64,000 bases of DNA from Octopus vulgaris (GCA_951406725.2 OX597828.1:47616001-47680000); one strand, 5' to 3'; shown: positions 27,692-42,809, counted from the stretch's first letter. The notes: a model not told the origin generated them from the sequence alone. Made by a program: numbers and translations.

Positions 27692-28988
27692 TACGCAAGC
27701 TGCTGAGTTGTAATAGGATGCACCACCCAAAGGCAGACGTAGATCGCCTTTACCTTCCCAGAGCCCAAGGAGGTCGAGGCCTGATCCAATTTGAACTAGC
27801 TTACAAAACAACCACAATTGGACTGGTCAAATATCTCGAAATATCGAATGACTGGATGCTAAAGCTCGTGGAAAATCACGAGAGACGAAAGAAGCTTCAT
27901 TCTATCATAAAGGAAAGCAAAAAATTTGCTATTGATCTCGTGCAGGATACCCAAACTGAACAACCCGAGGGAAGTACGGCAACTATTGTTGCAAAGAAGG
28001 TGAAAATGATGGCAATGAAAAAAGCGCACGAGCAATTGGCTGATAGGTGGGAGGAGAAACCTCTGCACGGCAAATATGTGACCCGCAGCAAACAAGCTGA
28101 TGTTGACCAGAAGCAAACCCATCAGTGGCTACGGAGCTCAGGGCTAAAAGCAGAGAGCGAAGGTTTCATCCTGGCTGCTCAAGATCAAAGCCTATTAACC
28201 CGGAACTACCAGGCCAATGTGATGAAAAATGGAGCAGACCCAAAATGCCGATTCTGCAACGACATGATTGAAACAGTGGACCACCTAATCTCTGGATGTA
28301 AAGTCTTAGCACCAGTGGAGTATAAATTAAGACATGACAGAGTTGGCCAATATCTCCACTGGCTAATAAGTCGGCATTACAATATCAAAACTGCCGACAA
28401 GTGGTATAATCACCACCCTGAGGCTGTAACTGAAGGAGAAAATGTAACCATTCTGTGGGACTTTCCAGTACATACAGACCGAACCATCAAGGCCAATAAA
28501 CCAGATATTGTTGTGAAAGACCAAAACAATAAAGTTTGCTTATTGATCGACATGAGCATCCCCTGTGATCATAATATCTCAGCGAAAGAGTTTGACAAGC
28601 TCAGAAAATATAAAGACCTACTCATTGAAATTGAGAAAATGTGGCATCTCAAGGCGGTTACAATACCAGTGATCGTAGGAGCACTAGGAATGATCAAGAA
28701 GGGAACCGAAAATTATATGAGAATGATCCCTGGCTTACCATCCCTGCAAGAAGTGCAAAAGATTGTCTTAACTGGTACATCACACGTATTGAGAAGAGCA
28801 TTGTCGATGTGAGAACTGTTGCTGCTCATGTATTTTAATTGAAATTTAAAAAAAAAAAAAAAAAAAAATGAGCGAACTACTGAGTTTGGTTTAATGGCCT
28901 ACCAATGTATACTATGAGTTTCTTTGCCCTAGGAGTCGGGAAGACACTCGGCAAGAAATGGAAGCAAATTTGAAAGAAGAAAAAAAAA
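27691..28988 (+). mobile_element. 5'-truncated R4/Dong-clade non-LTR retrotransposon (thumb, CCHC, restriction-like endonuclease)
   Basis: ORF open to 28812: LYLPRAQGGRGL, KPLHGKY, AAQDQSLLTRNY, CRFC..ETVDHLISGC, RHD, ILWD..NKPDIVV..LID..K..KY, IPVIVGALG. Inserted in (TAA)n, the established Dong target. Confidence 0.92.
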
Positions 28989-29178
28989 GTAATAATAATA
29001 ATAATAATAATGATAACAATAATAATAAACATTTCTGCTTAAAGCGTAAATCCTGAAATTTGGGGGAGGGGAATAGTCGATTACAACGGCGGCATTTGAA
29101 CTGAGAACGTAAAGACGAACGAAATGCTGCTAAGCATTTTAACCGGCATGCTAACGATTCAGCCAGCTGGCGGCCAGA

Positions 29179-29209
<31 letters not shown>

Positions 29210-29236
29210 TAATAACAATAATAATAATAATAATAA

Positions 29237-29267
<31 letters not shown>

Positions 29268-29380
29268 AAGAAGAAGAAGAAGAAGAAGAAGAAGAAGAAG
29301 AAGAAGAAGAAGAAGAAGAAGAAGAAGAAGAAGAAGAAGAAGAAGAAGAAGAAGAAGAAGAAGAAGAAGAAGAAGAAGAA

Positions 29381-29945
29381 ATGCCCTGATGCTGTACCAG
29401 GCTGTGGCTCTTATGGCTTCTGATCTTAATTCATTGGAATTGTTATCATGTACAATGTTTTGTCTTAGTACTAAAAATGGTCTACAGCAAATATTCTGCT
29501 CAATACCATAGATTTGCTTTCATACATCCTTTTCACTGACCCTTAACCAGTTGAGCATGTCCCTTAGTGGCTGACGATATGTGCATCTCTGATCACGTGC
29601 AGAAGTAGAAGGGAACATCATAGCCATGTGTTGAGAGGAATTGGGGTTTGGAGAATTCACCTTTGGAAACATGGGTGTTTCGTTCAAAATCCTTGAACAA
29701 CCCTTATTCAGGGACCTTCTGAGTGGAATGGGCTCACGATCTGAAGAAAAAATTCTTATTGGGCCCCACCTGTAAGGTCATCTGCAGTTTATTTTGATAT
29801 GAGATCACCATGTTGTGTACATATGTTTGTGATGCATAAGCCTGGTATGCCCTTGTCAGACGGGTAGTCATGATGGGTATACTGGGCTTCGTATATTTTA
29901 TCCATCCCAGTGTCACTTTGATGGTATGCACTGCACTCGCACTCA
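29381..29945. repeat. Probable non-coding interspersed element between (AAG)n and (AAT)n
   Basis: Complex non-coding block sharply bounded by trinucleotide repeats; no second copy in the window. Confidence 0.3.
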
Positions 29946-29957
29946 ATAATAATAATG

Positions 29958-30250
29958 AGGAGACCTCATTCGGTCATGAATGACCATGGGATTGCACCTA
30001 GAAAGTTACCCTCCGAGGCACAAGTCCGGGCAAGGTTGGTTATGGAAGGCCAGCAGTCGCCCATGAATACCAGCCTCCCTTCTCCAAGCCACCGATGTTA
30101 TCCAAGTGAGAGGCAAAGGTCGATACAGCTTGGCACCAGTGACGTCGAAACTCATTTCTACAGCTGAGTGAACTGGAGCAACGTAAAATAAAGTGTCTTG
30201 CTCAAGAACACAACACTGAGTCCGGTCCAGAATCGAACTCACAACCACAC
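29958..30250 (-). mobile_element. tRNA-SINE, head type B, 5'-truncated
   Basis: Reverse complement of ~22570-22860. Confidence 0.85.
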
Positions 30251-30375
30251 GTGGTGGTGGCAGTAGTCTTGATGTTGGCGAAGATAGTGATGGGTAAAGT
30301 GATGACAGTGTTAATGGCGACGGTGGTGGTGCTGATGACGCTAGTGTGGTTGCTGCTGTTGTTGTTGTTGCTGCT

Positions 30376-30640
<265 letters not shown>

Positions 30641-31119
30641 GTGGTGGCTCTGGTGCGGGTCGTGGTGATGGTGGTGGAGGTGATGGTTATGGTGGCGTTC
30701 GGTTTAATTATCTTAATTGAAGCTACATGTGAAATCAGTCGGAATACGATTCACTAAACAACAACACTACATGAAATAAAGGAGAATAAAATATTTCTTA
30801 TCAAACCCCATCGCTTTTCTCCCCTTCATCTCTCTCTCTCTCTCTCTCACACTCTCTCTCTATCTCCACCTCTCTCTTTATCTCTCTATTCTTCACTTTC
30901 AGTCAAGTTGGCTGTCTTTCTATCAATCTGTCTATAGATTCCTCTCTTTTTAAGGTGTGCGTGAATGTGTGTGTGTTTGTGTGTGGTGGAAAGGTGCTGT
31001 TTGCTTCGCGGCCATTTTTTTGCTTGCTTATGCTTGATTACCTCCCTTGAATTGGACATTATAAGGTACTTACTTCATCTACCTCTCTTTCTGTCGCTCA
31101 CTTTCTCGTCAATCTATCT

Positions 31120-31160
<41 letters not shown>

Positions 31161-31428
31161 TCTCTCTAGCCATCTCTTTCTCCCTCTCTCTCTCTCTCTA
31201 AGTCTATTTTTCTATCTATCTTTCTATCTATCCCCGTTTTTCTTTTGTCTGCGTATGAAAATGTGTGTGTGAGTGTATGTAGGCATACACACGTGCTTAC
31301 ATCTATATATTTATATCTACATACATACAGTTACATACACCTATATATATGTATATATTTATATGTATATACACACATACATATTCACACATATTCACAT
31401 AGATAGATAGACAGATAGACAGACAGAC

Positions 31429-31573
<145 letters not shown>

Positions 31574-31631
31574 TGTGTGTAACAATATAGGTATGTATAC
31601 ACTAGTGTATAAAGTATGCATTGATAGATGG

Positions 31632-31672
<41 letters not shown>

Positions 31673-31826
31673 TACCTACTTCAATTTATCCGTGTATATA
31701 TTATGTATGTATATTTATGAATATTTCTTATATATATGTATATATGTATGTATGTATATATATGCGTCTGTGTGTATTTATATATACATGTATATGTATG
31801 TATGCATGTATATAGATAGATAAATA

Positions 31827-31859
<33 letters not shown>

Positions 31860-32511
31860 GCACACACGTAGGCGTATATGTGCGTGCGTTTTTGTTTGTT
31901 TTTGTATGTGCGTATATTATATGTGTTTATGTTTTTAGTAAACAAAAAAACGAAATTCTATGAAGCGATGAAAGAGAAGAAAAAAAAATACAAACGATGA
32001 TGATTTGAATAAGATGAAACTAAATAAATCAAATAGAACAATAAATTAGTACAAAATATCAAACATAAATGAAGCAAAATGGAGGGAAGAAAGAAAGAAT
32101 AACACAGCGCCATCTATCGACTGTGAATTGAGAATTTATCAAATCAATGTTACTAGTTTTGTTTTCCTATTCATTTGTCCATCAATTATCGCTTCACATT
32201 CGGCGGATTCTTTTTTTTTTCTTTTTTTTTTTTGATTTATTTGTTTTTATTTGTTTCTTTATTCATTCGCTTATTTTGGGATTTAGCTTTGGTTTTTGCT
32301 TTCTCTTTTACCTCCCTTTATTCTATGGCATTTTTTGTTTCATTTTTCTTTTTTTTTCCTTTTCTGTTGTTTTCTTTTTGCTTACTCTCTTTCTTTCTTT
32401 CTTTCTCTTTCTCTCTTTCCCTCCTTCTTCTTATATACATACATACACACACATATATTTGACTATGTATATGTATCATGTATAGAAATATATATATGTA
32501 TGAATGTATGT

Positions 32512-32561
<50 letters not shown>

Positions 32562-32705
32562 ATATATATATATGTATATATATGAATATATGTGTGTGTA
32601 TATACATACACACACACGCACACACACACATATATATATATATTATATACACACACGCTCATATAAACACACACACACAAATATGTATGTGTATATGTAT
32701 GTGTG

Positions 32706-32756
<51 letters not shown>

Positions 32757-33069
32757 TGCGATTTAGTAAATATCTCTGTGTATGTATGGTGACTTTGTTT
32801 GTGAGATTAGACCGTCATTAACTGCCAAATAGTTGACTGGACATTATCAAATTCGTATAGGTATATTAGTGCAATTATATATACATATACATATGTGTGT
32901 ATGTGTGTGCATATATAAACATGTATATTGAGAGACATATAGACATATATAAACATATATATATATATCCATACATACATATATATTTATATACATACAC
33001 ACACACATATATATATGAATATACGTATATATATACATATATACCTAAATATATATATATATATATACG

Positions 33070-33126
<57 letters not shown>

Positions 33127-33281
33127 CTGTATATATATATATATATATATATACAGACATACATATATATATATATACGTATAAATATGTGTGTGTTTAT
33201 GTAGGTATTTATATATGCAAATTATATATATTTGATATATAATCTCTAACGTCGTTTTCCTTTCTATCTCCTCCGACAACC

Positions 33282-33438
33282 TCAATGGAAGTTTGACAAG
33301 CGCTGACGTTTATAATCTAAGATATATTCTGCTAAATACTGATTATGGTTTTTTGATGAAGTTCTATGGAATGGAGAGGGGTCTGAGGTTGATGGAGAGG
33401 CTGGTGGCTTTACTTCATCGTCTGAAGAAGACAGCCAT
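33282..33438 (-). CDS. Candidate terminal coding exon, gene unknown
   Basis: (CT)n tract then ccaacaactcag acceptor; phase-2 frame [51 protein letters not shown]. No family recognised. Confidence 0.4.
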
Positions 33439-33716
33439 CTGAGTTGTTGGGTCGGAAGAGAGAGAGAGAGAGAGACAATCTGCGAAGGGTAGGGCCTGCG
33501 TTTAAATTTCTCATAATTATAGTCACCCCCAACCATCTCTCTCTCTCCCTTATTCACTCTCTCTCTCTTTCTCTCTCTTTCTCTCTCTCTCTCTTTCTCT
33601 CTCTCTCGCTCGCTCGATCTTTCTATTCACATTCACACACACACAGGCACACACAAATGCGAGAGTGGGGTATGACTGACGGGCAGACAGACAGACAGAC
33701 AGGCAGACAGACAGAC

Positions 33717-33819
<103 letters not shown>

Positions 33820-33823
33820 TAGG

Positions 33824-33896
<73 letters not shown>

Positions 33897-33898
<2 letters not shown>

Positions 33899-35340
33899 GT
33901 TTCTTTATTGGCCACACAGGGCTGCACACAGATGGGACAAGTTACAAGGTAGAGTTTTTCTTTTGGGGGATGAAAAAAAGGGGGTGGCGTAGGTTTTCGA
34001 TCAAGAGGGATCGTAAAAGGGAAGAAAAGAACAAAAAAAGATAAAAAAAGAAAGAAAAAAATAGAATAAAAAATAAAAAGAATAAAAGAAAAAAAAAAGA
34101 AAGGGAAAGGAACAAAAGAAAAGAGAAATGAAAAAAGAAGAAAAAGGGGGGAAAAAAGGGGAAGAGGAAAAAAAAAAGGAACGATCAATAGGGATCGTGT
34201 ATCACAGTGTTATGATATATGGTGTAAAGGGGAAAGCAAGTAAGGTTTATCCGTGGGAAGAAAAGCCTACGAAAAAGACCACGGTAACCTTGGTCAATAT
34301 TGTTATATGTTACCACATTTGTTTGCAAGTGGGTAACCCTCTGTTTTCAATTTCTGGGTTCATAGGATTATTCTCAAGGTGGCTTCGTCATTCATACGTG
34401 CCATCCTTGCTACATTCACCCATCTTTTTTTAAAACATTCGCTAGACAAAACTTGCCTCTCTACTCTCACTTTCCTTTTCAAGTGGTACTTGAAGAAGTT
34501 GATGAGAGATTGACCAGAGAGGAAAGTGTTTGTCTCCAATCCTTTCAGACGCGTCCACCAGATACATTCTTTCGCCATAGCCACAAGGATGATGAAAATA
34601 GCTCTTCCTTCTCGTTTGAAGGAAGGAGGCGTGACAATATTGACGATAGACTCAGCTGATAAACCGACTCGTCCCACACGGTGCCATTCGCCCTTCCTCG
34701 GCCTCTTTTTGATCCACGACTGCAGTTCGGTCATGGAGACGAGCTGCGGGAAAGCGTGCCTCACAAACGGCGACCACACCTGTTCACCGTCGTCTACATA
34801 GAGCCAGAGATGTCGCAGTCTCAGCGCGTGTCTGCGCATCATCAACCACGGCATGCCCAGCCCTCCTTTCAACGGGTGTTGACAGCAAATGGATCGCCTG
34901 GCCATCGGGACGCATCCTTTCCACAAGAAGCGAAAGAGAATGCGTTGTAGTTTGGTGATGGTAGGGTCGGGACAAGGTACGACGGTCAGGCGGTAGTAGA
35001 TGACGGACGCGATGTACGTGTTCGCTACCTCCGCCCGACCTTTTAGGGACAGTTTCCTCTCGGCCCATTGCCGGGCGAGAGTGACCACCCTACTCGTTAT
35101 CTCGTTCCAGTTCTTCTCCACTTGGAGGTCCGGACCAAACCAGACCCCGAGCAACTCAACCGGGCCGTCGGTCCAGCGTCCCACGACGGAGGCGCTAGTG
35201 GACGGCATGGGCTTGCTTCTCCAGGTGCCTAGTCGCAAGCCCACTGACTTTTCCCGGTTGATTTTCGCTCCTGTCACCGCTTCGTAGTTTTTCAGTGTCT
35301 CGCCGACCTGCTCGATGTGCTCGTGGCTAGACACTATGAC
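33897..35340 (-). mobile_element. 5'-truncated, internally deleted L1/Tx1-clade LINE
   Basis: YEAVTGAKINREKS, LLGVWFG, WAERKLSLKGRAEVAN, FRFLW..GGLGMP; pyrimidine-rich 3' UTR with AATAAA just before (TCTA)n. Confidence 0.88.
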
Positions 35341-35615
35341 GGTTTGTAAGGGAAATAACTATATAAGCATTTTTAGAAAGTTACTTCTCTTATATAATAG
35401 CAAAAAAATGCATTAAAAATGGGAAAAAATGATGGTAATTTTTTTTTAAATCGTAGACTCATCGTAGACGCACGCTAATACCCAGAAGGGCTCGATATGA
35501 ATCACGACTATAAGATACCCGCTTTTGGTTAAACTGCACCGCAAAATGTGGGAGTAGTTAGGAATCTAAATCGTAGGAGACAGACAGCACACAACCTCTC
35601 TTTTATATATAAAGA
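35341..35615 (-). mobile_element. Helitron copy lacking its 3' hairpin and CTAG
   Basis: Highly similar to 3567-3936 with an internal deletion; abuts the Tx1 fragment. Confidence 0.85.
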
Positions 35616-37171
35616 TGTGTGTGTGTGTGTGTGTGTGTGCATTAAGTAATAATTAGATTATATATTACGCACTTTATTGCGTTTTGTTGTGCACTTGATC
35701 CCTCGGTCTGTGGAAAAATTGTCTTGCATGAAACCGGTCTGCAATACCAGAAAGATTGGGGACTGCTGTCTCAACGGTTAAATGGATGTTTTGACAGTCA
35801 AGTATTTCCGCTTACTAGTATAGATGAAGGAGAATATCATTTCAACTGGGTGTCATAAGCGTTACCCATTTTCATGCTAAAATAAGATGTGTAATATATG
35901 GTTGCGTAATTATAAGGTTTGCTTTGCAATTGCGTGGTTTCAAGTTCAATCTCACTACGCTGTATCCTTGGGTAGAGTCTTCTACCGTTGCTTCTGCTTG
36001 AACAAAGGTTGTTGAATGAAATTTGATAGTAAGACACTGTGCGGAAGCCAGTCAAAAGGAATCTTTCTTGTTCTTAGATACCAGACTTCATCCGTCGCCC
36101 AGTTTCACATTCCGCCTGGCCTATGGGTGATGTTAGTGGAGCATACTTTATTAAAAGCTTTCATACCCGTTCTCTACTATGAGGATAACTTCCTGCCAGG
36201 AATCTCGAAGGTTCTGAAAAACGTTATTGATTTGTCCTTCCTCTTCTGGCAAAACCATAAATAAATTAATAAAATATAGATTAAAATAGAATGAAGAAAC
36301 TTACTGGAGAACAGGAGACAATTTATCCAATGGGAGACGTGAATCTGTATTTCACAGATCACGTGTCAAGCAGCTCAACAACATGGCAGCCATGAGTTTT
36401 TCAGAACGAGACGAGGTTCGGCGGGGCGGCAGGGAATTTGCTGTTCCGGATATTATTCTGACTAGGCTTTGAATAAAATGGTGAATTTAGAATATTCAAA
36501 CGAGCTAACCTCTTGTATTTTGTCGTAATTCGAACATTTCTCCAATTTTTAGCCATTGTTTTAGAGCTGTTATTGTTGTTGTTGTTCTTGTTTCTGTGTT
36601 TGTTTGCGGTTTTATATGTTTGGGTATATCTGTGTATGTGTGTGTGTGTGTGTGTTGTGTATTTGTGAATGTATTTTTATTGGTGTAGTGGTGGGGCTAT
36701 TTTTTTTTCTAAGGTTTTTCAATTTAGCAGCAAATTGACTATAAATGTTTTATTACGTTTTATTCAACATTAACGAAGTAATCTCAGACACAATTTCCAT
36801 TGAAATCCAATTTAGTTATTCACCGTAAATCAAATCATCAACCAACGAAAAACGGGACATTCGACTAGTGCCAATCGCCCGCTTATATCAACGAGCAAGT
36901 TGACGTAGCAAAATCTTTAAAAAGAAAGGAGCTTGTGTGGGGGTTTTGTGTCTTGTTTTTCACTTTTCGTTTTTGTTGTTGTTGTTGTTTTTATTATTTA
37001 TCTATTTATTTATTTATTGGCTTCTTCCAAAGGTTAGGTTAGCCATCAACACATTTTCTATTAGACTGTCAAGATTAGCCGATATTTCCGGGCCAAATAG
37101 TTATTTCATAGATAATCTATATCAATTTTTTTGGCGCGTTAGTGTGTATGCATATATTTTTTGCGTGCCTG

Positions 37172-37252
<81 letters not shown>

Positions 37253-37393
37253 AAGCTGTGTGAGGAAAACTAACGGCAGCAACAACAACAACACGACCGC
37301 TATTTTCTTATTGCTCTGTAATAAACTGCCTCGTTTCCAAATTAATACCTTCACCAGAAAATGTTGTTTTCCAATTATGTTACGGACATTTTT

Positions 37394-37436
<43 letters not shown>

Positions 37437-38317
37437 TTTTTCTTCTTTTCCTTCTTCTTTTTTTTTTTCTTCTTCGCCTTTTTTTCTTCCTCTACAACCA
37501 AAACCAGTTCATTTTCATCATGAAAACTAGCTATTGGACATTATTATCTCCTCTGTCTAATATAACAAAACTGTTTTGATTTTTCCATCACTAAATCAAA
37601 CTAAATTTAATGAAATGGTGGAGGAGGAGGAGGTGGAGGAGGAGGAAGAGGAAGAGGAGGAAGAAAAAGAAGTAGAAGAAGAAGAAGAAGAAGAAGAAGA
37701 AGAAGAAGAAGAAGAAGAAGAAAACCTTGAGCAACAGCAGTAATACCCACAACAACAACAACAACAACAACGACAACAAGCAGATGTTAAATATTAAACT
37801 AAAACAGAACAATTGTTCATTGTGATGCGGTAGCGAACTCTAGCGGACGGTTGTTGTAACAGAGTAATTAGAAATCCATATTTAAATGACACTTACGCAT
37901 TCTAATCTTTAAGTTGCTTGAAGGAGAGTAAAAAAAATCCAAAAAAGATCGATAAAAATACTTCACGATTGCAAATCGCTTGATATTAAGTCAAGGAAGA
38001 TTTATTCATTTATTTTTCTATTTTATTTTTCTATTTTATTTTTCTATTTTATTTTTCTATTTTATTTTTCATAGGCAAATGTCCTATCGTAATTTCGGAA
38101 TCAAATAGACAGTCTATTAATTTCCTTTCTATTTTAGTTGTTCAGTTATAATATAATACATAATTACCTTCTTTCGACGATCCAAGTTATTATGAAACTA
38201 TAGCCTTAATGTAGCAAAATAATGACGAAAGTAACGTATTATACGATTCATAGAATGTATTGTTTTCAACGCTTTTTGAGTCTGTTTGTATGTTGTTAGT
38301 AATGCTGTTATTGTAGC

Positions 38318-38354
<37 letters not shown>

Positions 38355-40729
38355 GCTGTTGCTTCTTTTTACTTACAATATATCAATATGAAATATCCCA
38401 AAGACTTTCTATTTAATCTAACAGTAGGTCACAAGGCAGCTTCTTTAAAAGCACCGCATTCCTTTAAGTTGCTACATGAACTAAATAAAGCGTTAGGCGA
38501 AAGAGGAAGCGAAAAATATTAGCAATTTTAGCCTGAAGTACGGCAAGCTATCTACTGGATGTGTGCATATGTGGATATATGGACGCGTGGTGGATGGAGT
38601 ACGCACATTTTCTAGTCTCTAGCAGTAGACCCTTCTTGAAAACTAATTTAAAGCAATTTATTGGCCACTCATCTCTGGAAAGAGAAAGAGAAAGTAAATA
38701 AATCTGCGAGCAACGATGGGATTTTGGCCAAAATCTATTAACCGTCTTCGACCCTTCACTGTTGTCTATAATGGAAACTCTACTGCTTCATAGCGTACAA
38801 ACCTTGATCTTTTAACAGTAGTTTTGACCCTCTTCTTCAAAATCAATCTCGCTGGTGACGAGTTTCGTTTAATTGATTTTTTTTCTTTTTTCCTTTTTTT
38901 TTTTTTTTTACGTTTTGCCACTTTCCTAAGTGAAATATGTAGCTATGGTCTTATAAATGGATACTGGAAACAGTTGTCGTTTATCGCTGGAACATTGAGA
39001 TGGGGCGAATGTAATTCAGTTCCCAGACATCCAATCTTAACTTCCAAACACGCATGCACACTTATGAGCATTATGTACATGTGTGTGTGTATATACGCTT
39101 GTATGTATGTGTGTGTGGGTGCATATGTATATACACACATATATATGTAAACATATGTACCAATATAAATTTACATATCTATGTACACACACATACACGC
39201 ACGCGCACACAATCACATGCACGCACGCGCACGCACACATACACACACAAACAAAATTGATGAAGTTTAAAAAATCCAACCAATATGAATAGTTCAATTC
39301 TGATTTTCCACCGAAGCTAAATTTGAAACTCAGAGTACCAAGACCAATTTCTGTGTGTGTGTGTGTAAGTGTGTGTGTATGTGTGTGTATGTCTGTATAT
39401 ATATTTATATATATATATATAAATGTATGCATGTATGTATATGGCATAATTCGAAAGCTACAACAACAATGTGAAGAAGCGAATACCTAATAATCTGACA
39501 CGGTGGTATGCTAATATGCATATATACACGTACGACGTATACACACGTGCACACACATACACACACAGATATGAGGTTTCATTGAGGGCTGAAAAAGTTC
39601 ACAAACTAAATGCTGAAACTTGCGTACTCTGCACTAAACAGGTTGAAATTATAAATTTCCATCAGCGCTACAACGACAGTTTCTTTAGTCAGCCATTTTG
39701 AACAGAAAACGTTTTCAAATATCTTCACGGATCAAACTTCTCGCTTGACAGCTAAGTACATGTTCTCTTCGACTGGCCATGAATTTCCACGTAAAGAAGC
39801 CCTTATGATACATTATAGTACAGCACCCGAATTAAACAGAGAGTGCTAAATATTAGTTAATATCAAAAGCATCCCAAGGAGAATTCCTCAAAATAGAAAG
39901 CATTCAGTTTGGAGGCTATATTAGAAGCTAAAAAGATGCAGCAATCTTGAAATAATGTTTTCTACAATAGGCACAAGGCCAGAGATCTTGGGAATAAGTC
40001 GAAAAATCTTCGAATCTTCACGCATTAAACGATTGCTTTATTGGTACTTATTTTATCGACCTCGGAAGAATGAAAGGCAAAGACAACTTCGGCAGCATTT
40101 GAACTCGAAACGGAAAGAGCCGGGAGAAATACCTCTAAGCATTTTATCTGGCGAGCTAACGATTCTGCCATCATGCCGTCTTTAACAAAGCATGGCATTC
40201 ACCAGGTGTTACCCACAAAACATTTTCAAATCTAGCTTTGACAATTTACCTTTATAGTATTATTCCCACGATCCTTTGTGACCTGTTATAAAGTGCACGA
40301 AAAACACGCTTATACTACTGGTATTTCGTTCTGATAATGAGGCCGAGAAGGAACTGAGACATTAATGGTCTTAAGGATGCCATTGGGCCAAACTAAAGGA
40401 CTAGTAAGGAACTGCGAAAATATACCAAAATAATAAACTCGAAACCAGTCATTAATAGCAGGTTAGTGAAACACACATATATACATACGCACACACACGC
40501 ACGCGCGCGCGCGGCGGATTCCTTTCAGTTTCCATCAGCCAAATCCACTCACAAGACTTTGGTCAGCCCAGGACTATGTCAGAAGACACATGCACAAGAT
40601 GCAACTCAGTGGGACTGAACCTAGAAACATGTAGTTGAGAACCAAACTTTTTACCATAGAGCTACATACACATGTATGAGTGTGGGTATGTGTGTGCGCG
40701 CGTGCATTTCTTTGCATGTATGTACATAC

Positions 40730-40960
40730 TCTTTTACTCTTTTACTCTTTTACTTGTTTCAGTCATGTGACTGTGGCCATGCTGGAGCACCGCCTTTAGT
40801 CGATCAAATCGACCCCAGGACTTATTCTTTGTAAGCCTAGTACTTATTTTATCGGTCTCTTTTTTGCCGAACTGCTAAGTTACGGGGACGTAAACACACC
40901 AGCAGCGGTAGTCCAGCGATGTTGGAGGGACAAACACAGATACACAGACACGCACACATA

Positions 40961-41006
<46 letters not shown>

Positions 41007-41172
41007 TACGACGGGCTTCTTTCAGTTTCCGTCTACCAAATCCACTCACAAGGCTTTGGTCGGCCCGAGGCTATAGTAGAAGGCACTTACCCAAGGTGCC
41101 ACGCAGTGGGACTGAACCCGAAACCATATGGTTGGTAAGCAAGCTGCTTACCACACAGCCACTCCTACGCCT
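40730..41172 (-). mobile_element. tRNA-SINE family A, full length with internal microsatellite
   Basis: tRNA-like head, CCTTGGGTAAG CORE-like block, (TA)n spacer, tail ending in (GAGTAAAA)n. Confidence 0.9.
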
Positions 41173-42237
41173 ATATGTATGTATATGTATGTGTGTATAT
41201 GTGAGTATACGTGTGCGAAGTGTTTCCTCCTCGTCAGAATAAGGGATGAAAATTTCTATTACAATTGCGGACGGCACAAGAGGATGTCGAATCTTGGAAT
41301 GGGTAGGGGCTGAAGCAGTGTTCGGTATGTTAAAGGCAGGCAGAAGATAAAGATGATCACTTAGCTCCGAGATGAGTCAGGCGAGCTGTTAATTGTGAAT
41401 TAAAGAGTAGAGTAGAGTAGAGGTGGCAGTAGGACCTTTGAAGAGGAAAGGGGGGGGATACTGATTGTTACGACCAGAAAGGTTGGAAGGAAGAGAGTGG
41501 GAGAAAGTGAGGAGGCGGAGGAGGTAGTTATGGTGAGAGTTGTAAATATGAAGAGGGGAGAAAGGGGATTGGGGGTGGTCATACATAAGGTGGTGGTGAT
41601 GGAGGGAGGAATAAAGAAGAGGGAGGAGAGCAAATGAATGACGAGTTGGAGGAGAAAGTTTGCGTATAAATGTTGTTGGAGGTGAAGGGGGAGGTGAGGG
41701 GGAAGGTGAGGGGGAGGTGAGAGTATGAGGACGATAAGAGGAGTGAAAAAAAGTGCTGTAAATGGAAAATTGATAATTAGGAGAGGGAGAGGGATAGGAA
41801 GAGAGATAGAGATATGACAGGGGAGGTGTGAGAGGTAGATAGAATAGGGATCATCAGGGAGAAAGGTGGTAGAGAGAGTACAACAAGTTGGTAATGAGAT
41901 ATAAATGCAAGAGAGAGAGAGAGAGAGAAAGGGAGAGGTTTTATGAGAGAGAGATTTAGTGATGGTGTGAATGAGCAAGAGAGAGGAAGAGAAGGAGTGG
42001 ACGTGAAGGGGTGGAGTCAGGCAAAAGATATGAATAATAGAGCGAGAGAGAAAGGGAAAGTAGGAAAGACAAGAGAGAGAGGAGTAGAAAGAGTAAGAAG
42101 ATAGAAGACGGGGGTAATTCGAGAGGGGGAAAAGATGGGGGGGGAGAAGGAAGAAGAGGAGAAATTTAGGGGAAAGACAAAGCTAAGAAAAATTGTATGA
42201 GTGTGTGGGGGATGTAAGTGTTTGTACGCGTGTGCTG

Positions 42238-42350
<113 letters not shown>

Positions 42351-42503
42351 TGCATTCATACATACATATATAGATATGTACATACGTGCGTACTTACATA
42401 CATACATACATACATAGCGCTAGTTAATTTAAAAATGAGTGTATAGTGATTAAATGTTAAATTTTTTCCGTTTAATTTATCACTTCCAATTTAAAATTCA
42501 TGC

Positions 42504-42556
<53 letters not shown>

Positions 42557-42809
42557 TTAAATTGGTAGATAATAATAATTATATATATATATATATATAT
42601 GTTTAATCACGTGAGTTTTAATTTGGATAATGCAATTATTCATAATATATTTTAGAAAAATGTATTTTAATATCCGGTATTAAGCACTATTTAAGTGTCG
42701 CAAACTATTAATTACTAATTAATTATATCGTTCTTTTGTGATGAGTAAGTCAAAAATGCTTATCATTAAAAACTGTCTATTTGCACAAACTAAAATAGGA
42801 ATTTTGAAC

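Noticed and set aside
38570-39830. Possible further DNA transposon remnants
   Set aside because: Too decayed to support with a motif or terminal repeats.
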